Positions 1 through 9,890 of a DNA stretch of 64,000 bases are shown here, in pieces. The position numbers and the translations under genes are program-made. The notes beneath the pieces were generated by a model that saw only the letters and a program-made list of their open reading frames with translations, did not search any database and was not told the origin of the DNA. The number at the start of each line of letters is the position of its first letter. The stretch's first letter is position 1. This DNA is from an uncultured Candidatus Saccharibacteria bacterium (GTDB taxonomy: Bacteria; Patescibacteriota; Dojkabacteria; SC72): assembly GCA_964655705.1 (NCBI GenBank), contig CAZZPP010000005.1, positions 10,035 to 74,034 of the forward strand, given 5' to 3'.

Positions 1-593
1 TCATGATAGCTAATATCTATATTCTTATTTTCTTTATTTAATTTGAAGACAGAAGATATTATTAGGTATTTATTCTTTTTAGAAGATTTGAATATACTAT
101 TCCTATATGAGTACTCACACATACTATTTGAAAATATTTGAGATTTACCATTTTCTAAATCTATTGTATTCACACTTTCAACAACATCCATGATATTCTG
201 GCCATAAGCAGCAATATTTTGTGATACTGCCCCCCCTATACTACTTGGGATATCTACCATATTCTCAATACCTTGATACTCATTTCTTACACACCATCTT
301 ACGAATTTATCCCAATCATTCCCAGAATATATCTCTATCCATACATTATTACTATCCTCTTTTACGATTCTTTTACCTTTAAAAAGGGGTCTAACGACTA
401 ATCCATCGTAGTTATTTCTGAAAAGAATATTATTTCCTTGTCCCAATATGAGGAGTTTTGCCTTTTTGTAAATGTCTGAGTTTAGCAAATATTTAGTACT
501 TCGATCACTAGTTAATTCGATGTAATACTTTGCTTTAACATCTACACCATATTGGTTTAAATCTTTCAGACTTCTATCTTTGTGAATACCCAT
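1..593 (-). CDS. murB: UDP-N-acetylenolpyruvoylglucosamine reductase, partial (gene continues past the window edge; ATG at 591-593 on minus strand)
   Basis: Own translation of minus strand: MGIHKDRSLKDLNQYGVDV...ILGQGNNILF...GIENMVDIPSSIGGAVSQNIAAYGQNIMDVV matches MurB motifs; sits downstream of murG in dcw order; not in ORF track because it runs off the window. Confidence 0.75.
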   Translation of the reverse strand, partial: MGIHKDRSLKDLNQYGVDVKAKYYIELTSDRSTKYLLNSDIYKKAKLLILGQGNNILFRNNYDGLVVRPLFKGKRIVKEDSNNVWIEIYSGNDWDKFVRWCVRNEYQGIENMVDIPSSIGGAVSQNIAAYGQNIMDVVESVNTIDLENGKSQIFSNSMCEYSYRNSIFKSSKKNKYLIISSVFKLNKENKNIDISYH

Positions 594-633
594 ATATATC
601 TTCAATTATATATGAATTAAGGAGTGAAATCTT

Positions 634-1836
634 TTACTTACTCATTTCAGAGTCTAAAATATCATCCAACATTTTGTATATTGCATTAGTTGGAAAAAGT
701 TTTTCTAATCTCTTGGTATCAATCTCTCGCATAGCAGTCTGTTTCTGGAATCTCTCAATCTCCTCTTGAAGATTACACTCCTTAAGGTATTTCTCTTCCA
801 AAATATTTGCAATACCAATATCAGAAAGTACTTTAGCATTTAGATATTGCTCGTTGTGTGTTACCCAAGGAATTGGGATGAAGAGGGCATACTTTTTAAG
901 GACACCAATCTCATATACCGTATTAGCACCAGATCTACCTACAAAGAAATCCATCCCATTTAATACATACCCAATACTATCACTTTCTACATATTTCTTT
1001 ACAACGAATCTTTCTTTAAGTGTACTAGGTAATTTGTTCTTTTCTTCAATCGCTTTCTCGTAATCCTTGTGTACCTCATTATCTCCTGTTTGCAAAAGTA
1101 CCCGGTACTTTCTTAAAAGGTCATTTAAAGAATCAAAAACCTTTGTATTAATACTATGTGAGCCTAGACTACCACCAGATATATATATGAAAGGTAGATC
1201 TTTGTTAGTTACCATGAGGGATATAATCTCTTTATCTGTATGGGGTAATATATTTTTAGAGAATATATTCTTCTTAAGAACATTTCCTGAGTGTAGGACC
1301 CTGTTTTTAGGGAAATATTTGATTGAATCTTTGAAAGAGATATATATCTTTTTAGAGAATTTCCCAACAATCTTGTTAGAAAGTCCCACAGAAGCAGTCT
1401 GCTCATGAAGATATATGGGTTTTTTAAACAGCCAACCTGAGATACATACAGGAACGGATATGAAGCCACCTGAGGAAATGATTAAGGTTGGGTTACTCTT
1501 TCTAATGATGGAGAGAGAATCAAGAAACCCGAGTACAGTTCTTAAAAGTAAAAACATTGTACTTAAACCAAGCTTTCTTTGTAATTTACCTGCACGTATG
1601 AAGTAGGTCTTAAATTTACTCCCCTTGAAGAGTTTCTGCTCAAGGGAATTTCCTTTTTTTTCTCCCTCCATTCCCAAATCTCCTCCAACATATATGATAT
1701 TTTCAATGGGGAAGTTGTAATCCTCAATTAGGGTATCTATTAAAGCTTTTGCAACAGAAAGATGTCCACCACTTCCTCCTCCTGTAATTAATACTGTAAT
1801 ATCTTTCTTAAGCATTTTTTGTATATTTACTAACAT
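634..1836 (-). CDS. murG: MurG, UDP-GlcNAc:lipid I N-acetylglucosaminyltransferase (GT28)
   Basis: 400 aa ORF; N-terminal GGGSGGH glycine loop typical of MurG, GT-B C-terminal domain; adjacent to ftsW and murB. Confidence 0.85.
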   Translation of the reverse strand: MLVNIQKMLKKDITVLITGGGSGGHLSVAKALIDTLIEDYNFPIENIIYVGGDLGMEGEKKGNSLEQKLFKGSKFKTYFIRAGKLQRKLGLSTMFLLLRTVLGFLDSLSIIRKSNPTLIISSGGFISVPVCISGWLFKKPIYLHEQTASVGLSNKIVGKFSKKIYISFKDSIKYFPKNRVLHSGNVLKKNIFSKNILPHTDKEIISLMVTNKDLPFIYISGGSLGSHSINTKVFDSLNDLLRKYRVLLQTGDNEVHKDYEKAIEEKNKLPSTLKERFVVKKYVESDSIGYVLNGMDFFVGRSGANTVYEIGVLKKYALFIPIPWVTHNEQYLNAKVLSDIGIANILEEKYLKECNLQEEIERFQKQTAMREIDTKRLEKLFPTNAIYKMLDDILDSEMSK

Positions 1837-2989
1837 TTAAAAGTAAGCCAAACGCTACTATTGTAATTATTGTACTAGACCCTCCATATGTTAGAAAGGG
1901 GAGAGGTATTCCAGTAAGAGGTATTAGTCCAACATTAGCGGCCATATTTAAAAATGCTTGGCAAGCTAACCATACAGTAATACCTGTTGCTAAATACTGT
2001 CCTTGGTCATCTGAAGCATTAAGTGCGATTTTAAATCCCCTCCAAAGAAAAAATATCCATGAAGAGATTATGAGGATACCCCCCACTAATCCCAACTCTT
2101 CTAGTAGTACTGCAAATGTAGAATCTGTAAATGCTGTATTCTCAACTAAATACCCAAAGCGTTGTCTAGATTGTCCGAAGCCCTTTCCAAATATACCTCC
2201 ACTACCAATACCAATTAGAATTTGTTGCATTTGATATCCTGATCCTCTAGGGTCAGCTACTTCACCCTTAAAGATTAAATTAAAGTATGTTTGAATTCTT
2301 GATATTCGGTAAGGTTCGAGAATTATTGCAACTACCCCCAGTAAGAAACCCAGCGGTATTATTGCAAGCGATATATTCCTATGGAATTTATCCTTTCCAG
2401 AGAGAAAAAACATTACGAATGCAGTTACGCATATTATCATAGCAGTACCCAAATCAGGTTCAAAGAGTACTAGTAGTCCTACAACTCCTAATATTGAGAC
2501 AAAGGGAATGAATGATTTAAGGAACTCATTTTTAGAGGAGTTTTTTTTAGATGTTTTTTGATTAATCTTTGAAAACCACGAAGCGAAGTACATTACAATT
2601 GCTAATTTAGCAAACTCCGCAGGCTGTATCTGTGGAAGTCCCCCAATTTGGAACCACCTTTTAGATCCATTTACTTCTTGTCCAAAAGCTAATACCAAGA
2701 TCAGGAGGATGATTACTACTATCAAGAAAGGGAAGGAGAATTTCAAAAGTTTCCTGTAATCAACTATATATGCAATGAAACCACCAATACCTCCTAAAAA
2801 AAGCCAGAGGATTTGTTGAATCAAGAAATGGAATTGGTTATTGAACTCTTGATTAGCCATATATACACTAGCACCAAATATCATAATTGCTCCAAATATT
2901 GCCATACCAATCATAAAGCCAAAAATAGACCTGTCAGGTGAATGATATTGATGGGATGCCTTCCTTTTGGTTTTCTTTTTACTCGACAT
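1808..2989 (-). CDS. ftsW: SEDS-family peptidoglycan glycosyltransferase FtsW/RodA
   Basis: 393 aa polytopic membrane protein; conserved SEDS segment QIQPAEFAKLAIVMY; dcw-cluster context with murG. Confidence 0.85.
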   Translation of the reverse strand: MSSKKKTKRKASHQYHSPDRSIFGFMIGMAIFGAIMIFGASVYMANQEFNNQFHFLIQQILWLFLGGIGGFIAYIVDYRKLLKFSFPFLIVVIILLILVLAFGQEVNGSKRWFQIGGLPQIQPAEFAKLAIVMYFASWFSKINQKTSKKNSSKNEFLKSFIPFVSILGVVGLLVLFEPDLGTAMIICVTAFVMFFLSGKDKFHRNISLAIIPLGFLLGVVAIILEPYRISRIQTYFNLIFKGEVADPRGSGYQMQQILIGIGSGGIFGKGFGQSRQRFGYLVENTAFTDSTFAVLLEELGLVGGILIISSWIFFLWRGFKIALNASDDQGQYLATGITVWLACQAFLNMAANVGLIPLTGIPLPFLTYGGSSTIITIVAFGLLLNVSKYTKNA

Positions 2990-3021
2990 TATATCTCTAT
3001 TAATATACTATATATCTAACT

Positions 3022-3621
3022 ATGACTCAAAGTAGGAAGAAAATTGTTATTACTGTCGGAGGTCCCGGAGGTTCAGGAATTACTACAGTATCTAAGATGT
3101 TGGCCAGGAATTTCAAGATTAAACATATTTATGCAGGAGATCTATTTAGGAAGGCAGCTAAAGAGGAGGAGTTTGAACATTTTGAAGAGTTTCTACAAGA
3201 GATATCTCTAGGTGGTAATCATTTAGATTACGAGATTGATTCATTACTAGAGGAGTATGCTAACAGGGGGGATGTAGTTATTGATAGTAAGGTGTATGGG
3301 GCTTTAGCAAAGAAGAATAACCTTAGATGTGATGTATCAATTTGGTTAGATGCTAAACAAGCCATTAAGGTTAAGAGACATTTGGCAAAAGAGAATATTA
3401 GGGGTTTGAAAAAGATTAAAAGGTACTTTGAGATAGACAGGAGATTAAGAAAAAGATACAAGATTGACAAGGAGAAGTATTGGAGATTATACAAGGTAAG
3501 GTATAATAGGCCACAATTGTATTACGATATTGTTTTGGATACTTCCATTATGAATGAGGAAGAAACATTTAATTTAATTTTAGAGAAGATTAAAGATGGA
3601 GGATACATTAAAAAGGAGTAA
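3022..3621 (+). CDS. cytidylate kinase-like (archaeal-type Cytidylate_kin2/AAA) protein
   Basis: 199 aa; P-loop ITVGGPGGSGITTVSKMLA followed by IYAGDLFRK, pattern of archaeal-type CMP kinases. Confidence 0.6.
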   Translation: MTQSRKKIVITVGGPGGSGITTVSKMLARNFKIKHIYAGDLFRKAAKEEEFEHFEEFLQEISLGGNHLDYEIDSLLEEYANRGDVVIDSKVYGALAKKNNLRCDVSIWLDAKQAIKVKRHLAKENIRGLKKIKRYFEIDRRLRKRYKIDKEKYWRLYKVRYNRPQLYYDIVLDTSIMNEEETFNLILEKIKDGGYIKKE

Positions 3622-3841
3622 GCAAAATCCGACACCTCAATTGCAAGATAGAACTTCCCATATTGATCCGAATTTACCGAAGGAATATATTGAAAACAAG
3701 GAGAATCCCGAAGATTTAGATATTATATGGAGTAGATGGAAATGTCTTAAGTGTGGTTATGTGTATGAAGGAGTTGGGGAATTAAAAAAATGTCCTAAAT
3801 GTGGGAATGATAATCCAGATATGTTTATTGATGTAGATTAA
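3596..3841 (+). CDS. small rubredoxin-like zinc-ribbon protein (start uncertain, overlaps upstream gene)
   Basis: WKCLKCGYVYEG...CPKCG: two CxxCG knuckles, rubredoxin-like WxCxxCGY signature but with a short spacer. Confidence 0.45.
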   Translation: MEDTLKRSKQNPTPQLQDRTSHIDPNLPKEYIENKENPEDLDIIWSRWKCLKCGYVYEGVGELKKCPKCGNDNPDMFIDVD

Positions 3842-3845
3842 CCTC

Positions 3846-3929
3846 TGCCGAGAGGGGGAATCGAACCCCCACTCTATTGCTAGAACGGGATTTTAAGTCC
3901 CGCGCGTCTGCCTATTCCGCCATCTCGGC
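3846..3929 (-). tRNA. tRNA-Leu (anticodon TAA), long variable arm
   Basis: Hand-folded cloverleaf: acceptor GCCGAGA/TCTCGGC, anticodon loop CTTAAAA, T-arm GGGGGTTCGATTCCCCC, long variable arm; no encoded CCA. Confidence 0.85.
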
Positions 3930-3974
3930 ATAAATATGTGTATTCTAATATACAAAACACTATTTATCAATATA

Positions 3975-4050
3975 TGGAGGTGACGATGGGACTCGAACCC
4001 ATGATAGTGGTTTTGCAGACCACGGCCTTAACCAGCTTGGCTACGTCACC
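3975..4050 (-). tRNA. tRNA-Cys (anticodon GCA), CCA encoded
   Basis: Acceptor GGTGACG/CGTCACC, anticodon loop with GCA, T-arm GGGTTCGAGTCCC, 3' TCCA encoded. Confidence 0.85.
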
Positions 4051-4056
4051 TAATAG

Positions 4057-5496
4057 TTAAGATCCAATTACATCTTTTACCACTGAGATTTCGAGTATTG
4101 TATTGTTGGATCTATTTTTAATAGAACTGCCACTAATAATAGCAATTTTATCATCTAAATCCAACTCCCCGTAGGAGTATATGCACTCTACACTCTGTTT
4201 GATTACATCATCCCGGTCCAAGGACAAACTCTTTGAGTAGAAGCCCTTAACTCCTCTTAGTAACGCATTTTGTCTAATTCTTTGAATATCATTTCCAACC
4301 TCCCATATGGGGATAGTAAGTCTATGTCTAGAAATACTTTGAGAGGTTTTCCCACTTTGTGATATGACAACTACACCTTTAAGATGTAATTGCTCAACGA
4401 TATCAAACAATGCACTAGAGAGTACATCAGTATCAATACTGGCTTGGGTATATCCAACAATCTTTTGAGGTTTAAGTACATTCTCTACCTTGAGTGCAAT
4501 ATCATTCATCATCTTAACTGCTAAAGCGGGATATTTCCCAGTAGAGGTCTCTGCTGAAAGCATAACTGCATCACAGCCATCCATTATTGAATTAGCAACA
4601 TCGCTAACCTCAGCTCTTGTAGGCCTAATATTTTCTTTCATAGATTCAAGCATTTGAGTAGCAACTATTACAGGTTTACCTACACACCTACACTTGTATA
4701 TCATCTGTTTTTGAATAATGGGGACCTCCTCTAAAGGAATTTCAACTCCCATATCTCCCCTTGCTATCATTACACCATCTACAAAGTTTAGTATCTGATC
4801 AAAATTATCTATCCCCTCTCTATCCTCAATCTTAGCTATTAATTTTGTTTGAGTATTACCCATTGCCTCTCTAACCTTAGCAACATCATTAATGTTACGT
4901 ATAAAGGAGGCAGATATATAATCAAAACCATTCTGGACACCAAATTTAATATCATCAATATCTTTCTTACTAAGAGAAGGGAAATTTAAATGAGTATTTG
5001 GTATATTTACAGTCTTTTTTGTTTTTAATAGACCTCCTTGAACTACACTACAAAATACTTCCTGATTTTTAATATCTAAAACCTTTAGAGAAATACTCCC
5101 ATCATCTAGAAGTATTAATGTTCCTCTAGAGATATCGTTATGTAAGGAAGGATATGTAATTTGAATATATTTATCAGAAACCTGTGTATCCTTACTATAC
5201 TCATCAGAGATTATTATAACTGAATCACCTTGCTTTAATTCCCTTTCATTTTCAAAACCTGTAACCCGAATCTTGTATCCTTTTGTATCTAGCATAATAG
5301 CTACTCTAGGACTTAAATTTCTAATACTTTTAGATACCCTATTTAGTTCGTCAAAGTCCGCAAAAGAAGCATTTATTCTTGCTACATCCATCCCATTATT
5401 TATCATATCTTTAAGGATTTGTTCATCCCATGAAGATGGTCCAATGGTAGCAACAATTTTTGTTTTACAAAATTCCTCCATATATCCAATATACAT
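4057..5496 (-). CDS. pyk: pyruvate kinase
   Basis: 479 aa; KIVATIGPSS and MLDTKGYKIR motifs, MIARGDMGVEIP active-site region. Confidence 0.9.
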   Translation of the reverse strand: MYIGYMEEFCKTKIVATIGPSSWDEQILKDMINNGMDVARINASFADFDELNRVSKSIRNLSPRVAIMLDTKGYKIRVTGFENERELKQGDSVIIISDEYSKDTQVSDKYIQITYPSLHNDISRGTLILLDDGSISLKVLDIKNQEVFCSVVQGGLLKTKKTVNIPNTHLNFPSLSKKDIDDIKFGVQNGFDYISASFIRNINDVAKVREAMGNTQTKLIAKIEDREGIDNFDQILNFVDGVMIARGDMGVEIPLEEVPIIQKQMIYKCRCVGKPVIVATQMLESMKENIRPTRAEVSDVANSIMDGCDAVMLSAETSTGKYPALAVKMMNDIALKVENVLKPQKIVGYTQASIDTDVLSSALFDIVEQLHLKGVVVISQSGKTSQSISRHRLTIPIWEVGNDIQRIRQNALLRGVKGFYSKSLSLDRDDVIKQSVECIYSYGELDLDDKIAIISGSSIKNRSNNTILEISVVKDVIGS

Positions 5497-5607
5497 TAGG
5501 CATTATATTTAAAACAACTCTTGCCTTATCCTATATTATTTATATTTGCATTTATATATTCAAAATATATAAAATGCTAATACATATTAGATTAGTGATA
5601 TGAGAGT

Positions 5608-6015
5608 ATGAAAAAATTCCTAAGTAGATTAATTCAATATATGCTATCAGCGTATTTTGTTCTTACCATATATATTGGTATAACTATGCCCACAAGTCCC
5701 ATATATATTATTTCCTCTTTAGGGATGCTTTCCTTAGGAATATTCTTGTCCTCAGTTATACTTGGTTTTCTAACAATCAAAGAAAATTTCCTTACTTCCT
5801 CTCTAATGATATCTCTAATTTCTTTTGGGATACTATTCTTACTCCAAGAATTCATGCCTGGTTTTAATATATCAGAATATCCCTATGAAGGGATAAATAG
5901 TGGGAAATTAGTAATTCATTCCTTTCTTGTTACCCCCATTATTACCATGGCTATACTAAGTATTACATACTCTTTCATTTCTTCACTTCTAAAAGCTTTT
6001 GAGAAAAATTCCTAA
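5608..6015 (+). CDS. hypothetical polytopic membrane protein
   Basis: 135 aa ORF, four hydrophobic helices, consistent codon usage. Confidence 0.5.
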   Translation: MKKFLSRLIQYMLSAYFVLTIYIGITMPTSPIYIISSLGMLSLGIFLSSVILGFLTIKENFLTSSLMISLISFGILFLLQEFMPGFNISEYPYEGINSGKLVIHSFLVTPIITMAILSITYSFISSLLKAFEKNS

Positions 6016-6033
6016 TGTAGTATAATCAGAGTT

Positions 6034-6267
6034 ATGAACTCTAATATACAAAATATTCTACTTTACGCTCAGATAGGGATCTGTGTGTTAATAGTAATAT
6101 CAATACTCATGCAAAACAGAGCAGAAGGATTGGGTAAGATGTTTGGTGGAGGTGGTGAAGTATTCAGAACAAAAAGAGGTTTAGAGAAGTTTCTTTACTA
6201 TTTTACAATTGTATTAGCTTTCTTACTTGTAGTAGTATCTCTGTTGATATATAAATATTCTGCCTAG
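6034..6267 (+). CDS. secG: preprotein translocase subunit SecG
   Basis: 77 aa, two TM helices flanking the glycine-rich MFGGGGEVFRTKRGLEK loop, typical SecG architecture. Confidence 0.7.
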   Translation: MNSNIQNILLYAQIGICVLIVISILMQNRAEGLGKMFGGGGEVFRTKRGLEKFLYYFTIVLAFLLVVVSLLIYKYSA

Positions 6268-6276
6268 GTATTCATA

Positions 6277-8052
6277 ATGGGTGATTTAAAAGGTAAGGAA
6301 AATACAATCAGTAAGTCCATGAAAGAGGCGTTTCAATCTATACGTCCTTCCCATGCGGTTATTAATGTAGGCAGTAAGTCAAAGAAGATTTCACTTAGAG
6401 ATTGGTTATGGCAATATCCCTTAAATATTGGGAAATTTCTGAAGGATACAGCTCCTTTAAGTTTCATAATTATATTTTCTATCCTGGGTATTGGTATATT
6501 TACATTCTTAACTAGTTCTTCATTTGCAAATGTAATTGTTAAAGAAAAGGATGATATATTTGTTGAAGGTAGTGTTGGTGCAATATCTTCTTTTAATCCC
6601 ATCTTTACATCCCAGAGTAATGTAGATGCAGATATTAGGGCTTTAGCATTTGAAAAATTCATCAATATCTCAAGTAATGGTAAACCACTAGAGGGTATAG
6701 CCAAGGAGTGGTCTGTTTCGGCAGATGGGAAAACATATGAATTTGTAATTGAGGATTCTCATATATGGCAGGATGGAATGCCCCTTACCATAGATGATAT
6801 CCTTTTTACTTTTGAGATATCAAAAGAACTGTCCTCAAAATATAACTATGATACTATTGGTTCTCCACTTGTTGATGTATTAATTGAGAAAGTTGATGAG
6901 AGTAGAATTAAGTTTACTCTTAATCAAAGCAGCGCGACCTTTTTTGAGGCAGTTTCTGTATATATAATCCCAAAGCACAGATTTGAAAATATTGATGTAA
7001 TTGATATACCTTTTGACTCATTTGCTAAATATCCCCTAGGCTCTGGTCCATATGAAGTGTATAGGTCAGAACCTAATGTAGTGTATCTAAGAGCTTCTCA
7101 GTATTATCCTCAGAAACCTAAGATTGATACCTTCATATATCGCCTCTATTCTAGCTATGATGCACTTGAGGCTGCTTTCAGAAATGGTATCTTAGATGCT
7201 ATGGGTACTGTAGATGAGTTTAGTATCTCTTACAAGGATGAATACTCGGGGTACAGGCAGTACTCTGTAGTAATAAATTCCCGTTTAAGGATGATATTTT
7301 TTAATACTAGGAAAGAAAGATTAGAGAACAAGGATATTAGGATTGCTCTTAATCACTTAACAAACAAGGAGTTATTACTTGAGAAGGCCAAGATTTCTGG
7401 GAAGTTAGCTTATGGCCCTATTGCAGAAACATCTTGGGCTTACAAAGAGGATAGTATTGTAAAGTATGAATATAATCCAGAAAAAGCTAAAGAGATTTTC
7501 AATAGACTTGGGTACGTTCGTAGTGATTCAAATGAGTATTATGAGACTGAAGATAAAAAGATTCTAAGTTTTGGACTTAGTTACTATGAAAACACTCTTA
7601 ATGAGAGGATAGCTCTGGCACTTAAAGAGTTATGGAAAGAGGAAGGTATTGTATTAGAACTAGAGCCTCTTTCATATACACAGTTAACCCAAGAGATTGT
7701 TGCTACTCGAGATTTTGAAATGCTTATGTATGAGGTTGAAACAACTATTGATCCTGATCAATATAATCTTTGGCATTCCCTTAAGGTTAGCTATCCTGAT
7801 TTAAATCTTTCAGGATATAGTTATGAGAGGGTAGACATACTATTAGAAGAAGCAAGACAAAGTATAAAGGAAGAGAAACGTTCTTCTAACTACGCCCTAT
7901 TTCAAAAGTATCTAACACAGGATGCTCCAGTCATATTCCTCTATCATCCTAACTATGTATATTTAGTTAGGGATAACATAAAGATTTCTGATATTAGTAA
8001 TATTCTTTATCCCTATCAGAGATTTGAAAATATTGCACTTTGGGAGAAATAA
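6277..8052 (+). CDS. ABC transporter substrate-binding protein, family 5 (peptide/nickel type), N-terminal TM anchor
   Basis: 591 aa; N-terminal TM helix then SBP_bac_5-like domain. Confidence 0.7.
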   Translation: MGDLKGKENTISKSMKEAFQSIRPSHAVINVGSKSKKISLRDWLWQYPLNIGKFLKDTAPLSFIIIFSILGIGIFTFLTSSSFANVIVKEKDDIFVEGSVGAISSFNPIFTSQSNVDADIRALAFEKFINISSNGKPLEGIAKEWSVSADGKTYEFVIEDSHIWQDGMPLTIDDILFTFEISKELSSKYNYDTIGSPLVDVLIEKVDESRIKFTLNQSSATFFEAVSVYIIPKHRFENIDVIDIPFDSFAKYPLGSGPYEVYRSEPNVVYLRASQYYPQKPKIDTFIYRLYSSYDALEAAFRNGILDAMGTVDEFSISYKDEYSGYRQYSVVINSRLRMIFFNTRKERLENKDIRIALNHLTNKELLLEKAKISGKLAYGPIAETSWAYKEDSIVKYEYNPEKAKEIFNRLGYVRSDSNEYYETEDKKILSFGLSYYENTLNERIALALKELWKEEGIVLELEPLSYTQLTQEIVATRDFEMLMYEVETTIDPDQYNLWHSLKVSYPDLNLSGYSYERVDILLEEARQSIKEEKRSSNYALFQKYLTQDAPVIFLYHPNYVYLVRDNIKISDISNILYPYQRFENIALWEK

Positions 8053-8053
8053 T

Positions 8054-8138
8054 TGCCAGAAGGGGGATTTGAACCCCCACCCTCTTAACGAAGACTACGT
8101 TCTGAACGTAGCGTGTCTGCCAGTTCCACCATTCCGGC
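8054..8138 (-). tRNA. tRNA-Leu (anticodon CAG), long variable arm
   Basis: Acceptor GCCGGAA/TTCTGGC (one GU), anticodon stem CTACG/CGTAG with loop TTCAGAA, T-arm GGGGGTTCAAATCCCCC. Confidence 0.85.
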
Positions 8139-8168
8139 TGGTAAAAGATTCTATCACATTTCAGCCTA

Positions 8169-9302
8169 CTATGGCTCTTCTTTAGAGGTAAGGGATATTT
8201 TAACTTTGTTCTTTTTCTTTACTTCTTTTCCTGTTGTATCATCGGGATCGACCATTTTGTATTTCTTAAGAAATACATCTTTGTTGATAATGGTTTCTTT
8301 TTTTACTTCCTCACTCTTTTCCTCCTTCTCCTTTTCTTCTTCCTCTTTCACATCTACCTTTTCTCCTCCAAAAATCTCTCTTAGAGTTTTGTTACCATCT
8401 TCATTTTTAGTATTGTCTTTAATGATTAATTGCTCAACTTCTTTAATCTTTTTTTCTGAACTCGATCTAAAGAGTATATTTTTGAAAAAAATGGTAAGAA
8501 TAATAGTGGAGAAGAACACACCAACTAGAAGATATATTAAATCGGGATTCTGTTTTAAAACAGTAGAAACATTATCCATATTCAAACTACTGAAAGAGAA
8601 ATATATCTCCTTACTATCACTGGAGGAGGTATCATCACTAACTAATGCTCCAACAGTAAATGTAACTGGGGAAGAGAGTGTACTTGCATATCCATATTTT
8701 CGTGTATATGAAGTAAAAGTATATATACCTTCTGACAGCCCCCCCTCGGGAGCAATTGTTGTTGACCAAGTCCCATCAGAATTTACTGTGAGAATATCAG
8801 TTGTATTAAATGCGTTTGAACTGAGGGTATATATAACGTCGGAATTTGCTAAAGCAGTACCTGATATTGATATTGAGTCTTGCCCTACCGTTGGAGTATC
8901 TGTTATGGGAGATCTGGGAACAACTGTTAGGTCATACTCTAGTACTTTAACTGTATCACTTTCATCATTGAAACGGAATTTAACAACATGGTTACCAATA
9001 CTTAGTGCAGGGAATGTATATGGGCTAGTAATTTTGTTAAAACTAGTTTCATCAATATCAATCTCAACTCCACTTTCGTTAGGAGAGGGATCTTTAAAGG
9101 TAATTATTATACTTGGGTTATCTGTATATTTAGGTATTGTAAAACCTAGTAGATTAGCAATATCCTCGTTTCTCTCTTGGTCCTTTTGATTAAGTTCCTC
9201 AATTTCGGATGCCATTACCTGTTGTATGGGAGTATCCTGTTGAGCAAATGAATATAGCGGGAAAAGAGATAACAGTAGAAGGGACAGTATTACTTTTCGC
9301 AT
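8169..9302 (-). CDS. secreted/surface-anchored protein with cleavable signal peptide, C-terminal TM helix and K/E-rich cytoplasmic tail
   Basis: 377 aa; MRKVILSLLLLSLFPLYSFAQQ signal peptide; TM LIYLLVGVFFSTIILTIFF; highly charged KE-rich C-terminus; the overlapping plus-strand ORF 8113..9189 is its low-complexity shadow. Confidence 0.6.
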   Translation of the reverse strand: MRKVILSLLLLSLFPLYSFAQQDTPIQQVMASEIEELNQKDQERNEDIANLLGFTIPKYTDNPSIIITFKDPSPNESGVEIDIDETSFNKITSPYTFPALSIGNHVVKFRFNDESDTVKVLEYDLTVVPRSPITDTPTVGQDSISISGTALANSDVIYTLSSNAFNTTDILTVNSDGTWSTTIAPEGGLSEGIYTFTSYTRKYGYASTLSSPVTFTVGALVSDDTSSSDSKEIYFSFSSLNMDNVSTVLKQNPDLIYLLVGVFFSTIILTIFFKNILFRSSSEKKIKEVEQLIIKDNTKNEDGNKTLREIFGGEKVDVKEEEEKEKEEKSEEVKKETIINKDVFLKKYKMVDPDDTTGKEVKKKNKVKISLTSKEEP

Positions 9303-9357
9303 AGTTATTATCTAATAAATAAAAGTGTACATACCTATTGTATATTGAAAAGATATT

Positions 9358-9849
9358 CTAGTCTACTAATTTGTCAATGAAAAGAATCCCTTGTGTATGA
9401 TCATACTCATGTTGAATCTCTCTAGCTTCTTGATTTGAAAAGATTTCTTTCTTCGTCTTTCCATTTCTGTCTAGGTACTTAACCTTAATCTTTTTAAATC
9501 TACAAACCTTACCCTCTTGATTTGGAACACTTAAGCAACCTTCTACTCCAACAACTTGATCCTTTTTAATAACTTTAATCTCAGGGTTGATCATAAGTTC
9601 AAAATCTCCACTATCTTCTCTTAGAATGCAAAAAATATTTTTATCTATCCCTACTTGTATTGCTGCTAATCCTGCAGCCGAGTAGCCTTCTTCGGTTTCA
9701 ACCTTTTTTGCTGTAAAGAGTAAATCATCCAGGAATGATTGAAACTGAGTCTCAGGGATATCCTTCTTGCTCACCTGTATACATTTCTTTCGTAGAAACT
9801 TTTCCTCTTTTCTATCTTTAATTGTATATATATCTAGTATTTTTGGCAT
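9358..9849 (-). CDS. def: peptide deformylase
   Basis: 163 aa; GLAAIQVG, EGCLS and HEYDH motifs all present. Confidence 0.9.
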   Translation of the reverse strand: MPKILDIYTIKDRKEEKFLRKKCIQVSKKDIPETQFQSFLDDLLFTAKKVETEEGYSAAGLAAIQVGIDKNIFCILREDSGDFELMINPEIKVIKKDQVVGVEGCLSVPNQEGKVCRFKKIKVKYLDRNGKTKKEIFSNQEAREIQHEYDHTQGILFIDKLVD

Positions 9850-9890
9850 CCCCCAATTATATCATACGAATATCTCCACCACTCTTACCT

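Noticed and set aside
3596-3841. Calling the small CxxCG protein a bona fide rubredoxin
   Set aside because: The spacing between the two Cys knuckles (11 residues) is much shorter than in rubredoxins (about 27). It is safer to call it a rubredoxin-like zinc ribbon.
8113-9189. 358-aa plus-strand ORF rich in Ser/Phe/Leu
   Set aside because: It overlaps tRNA-Leu(CAG) at its 5' end and lies entirely antisense to the 8169..9302 minus-strand gene, which has a canonical signal peptide, a TM helix and a charged tail. It has low-complexity composition typical of a shadow ORF.
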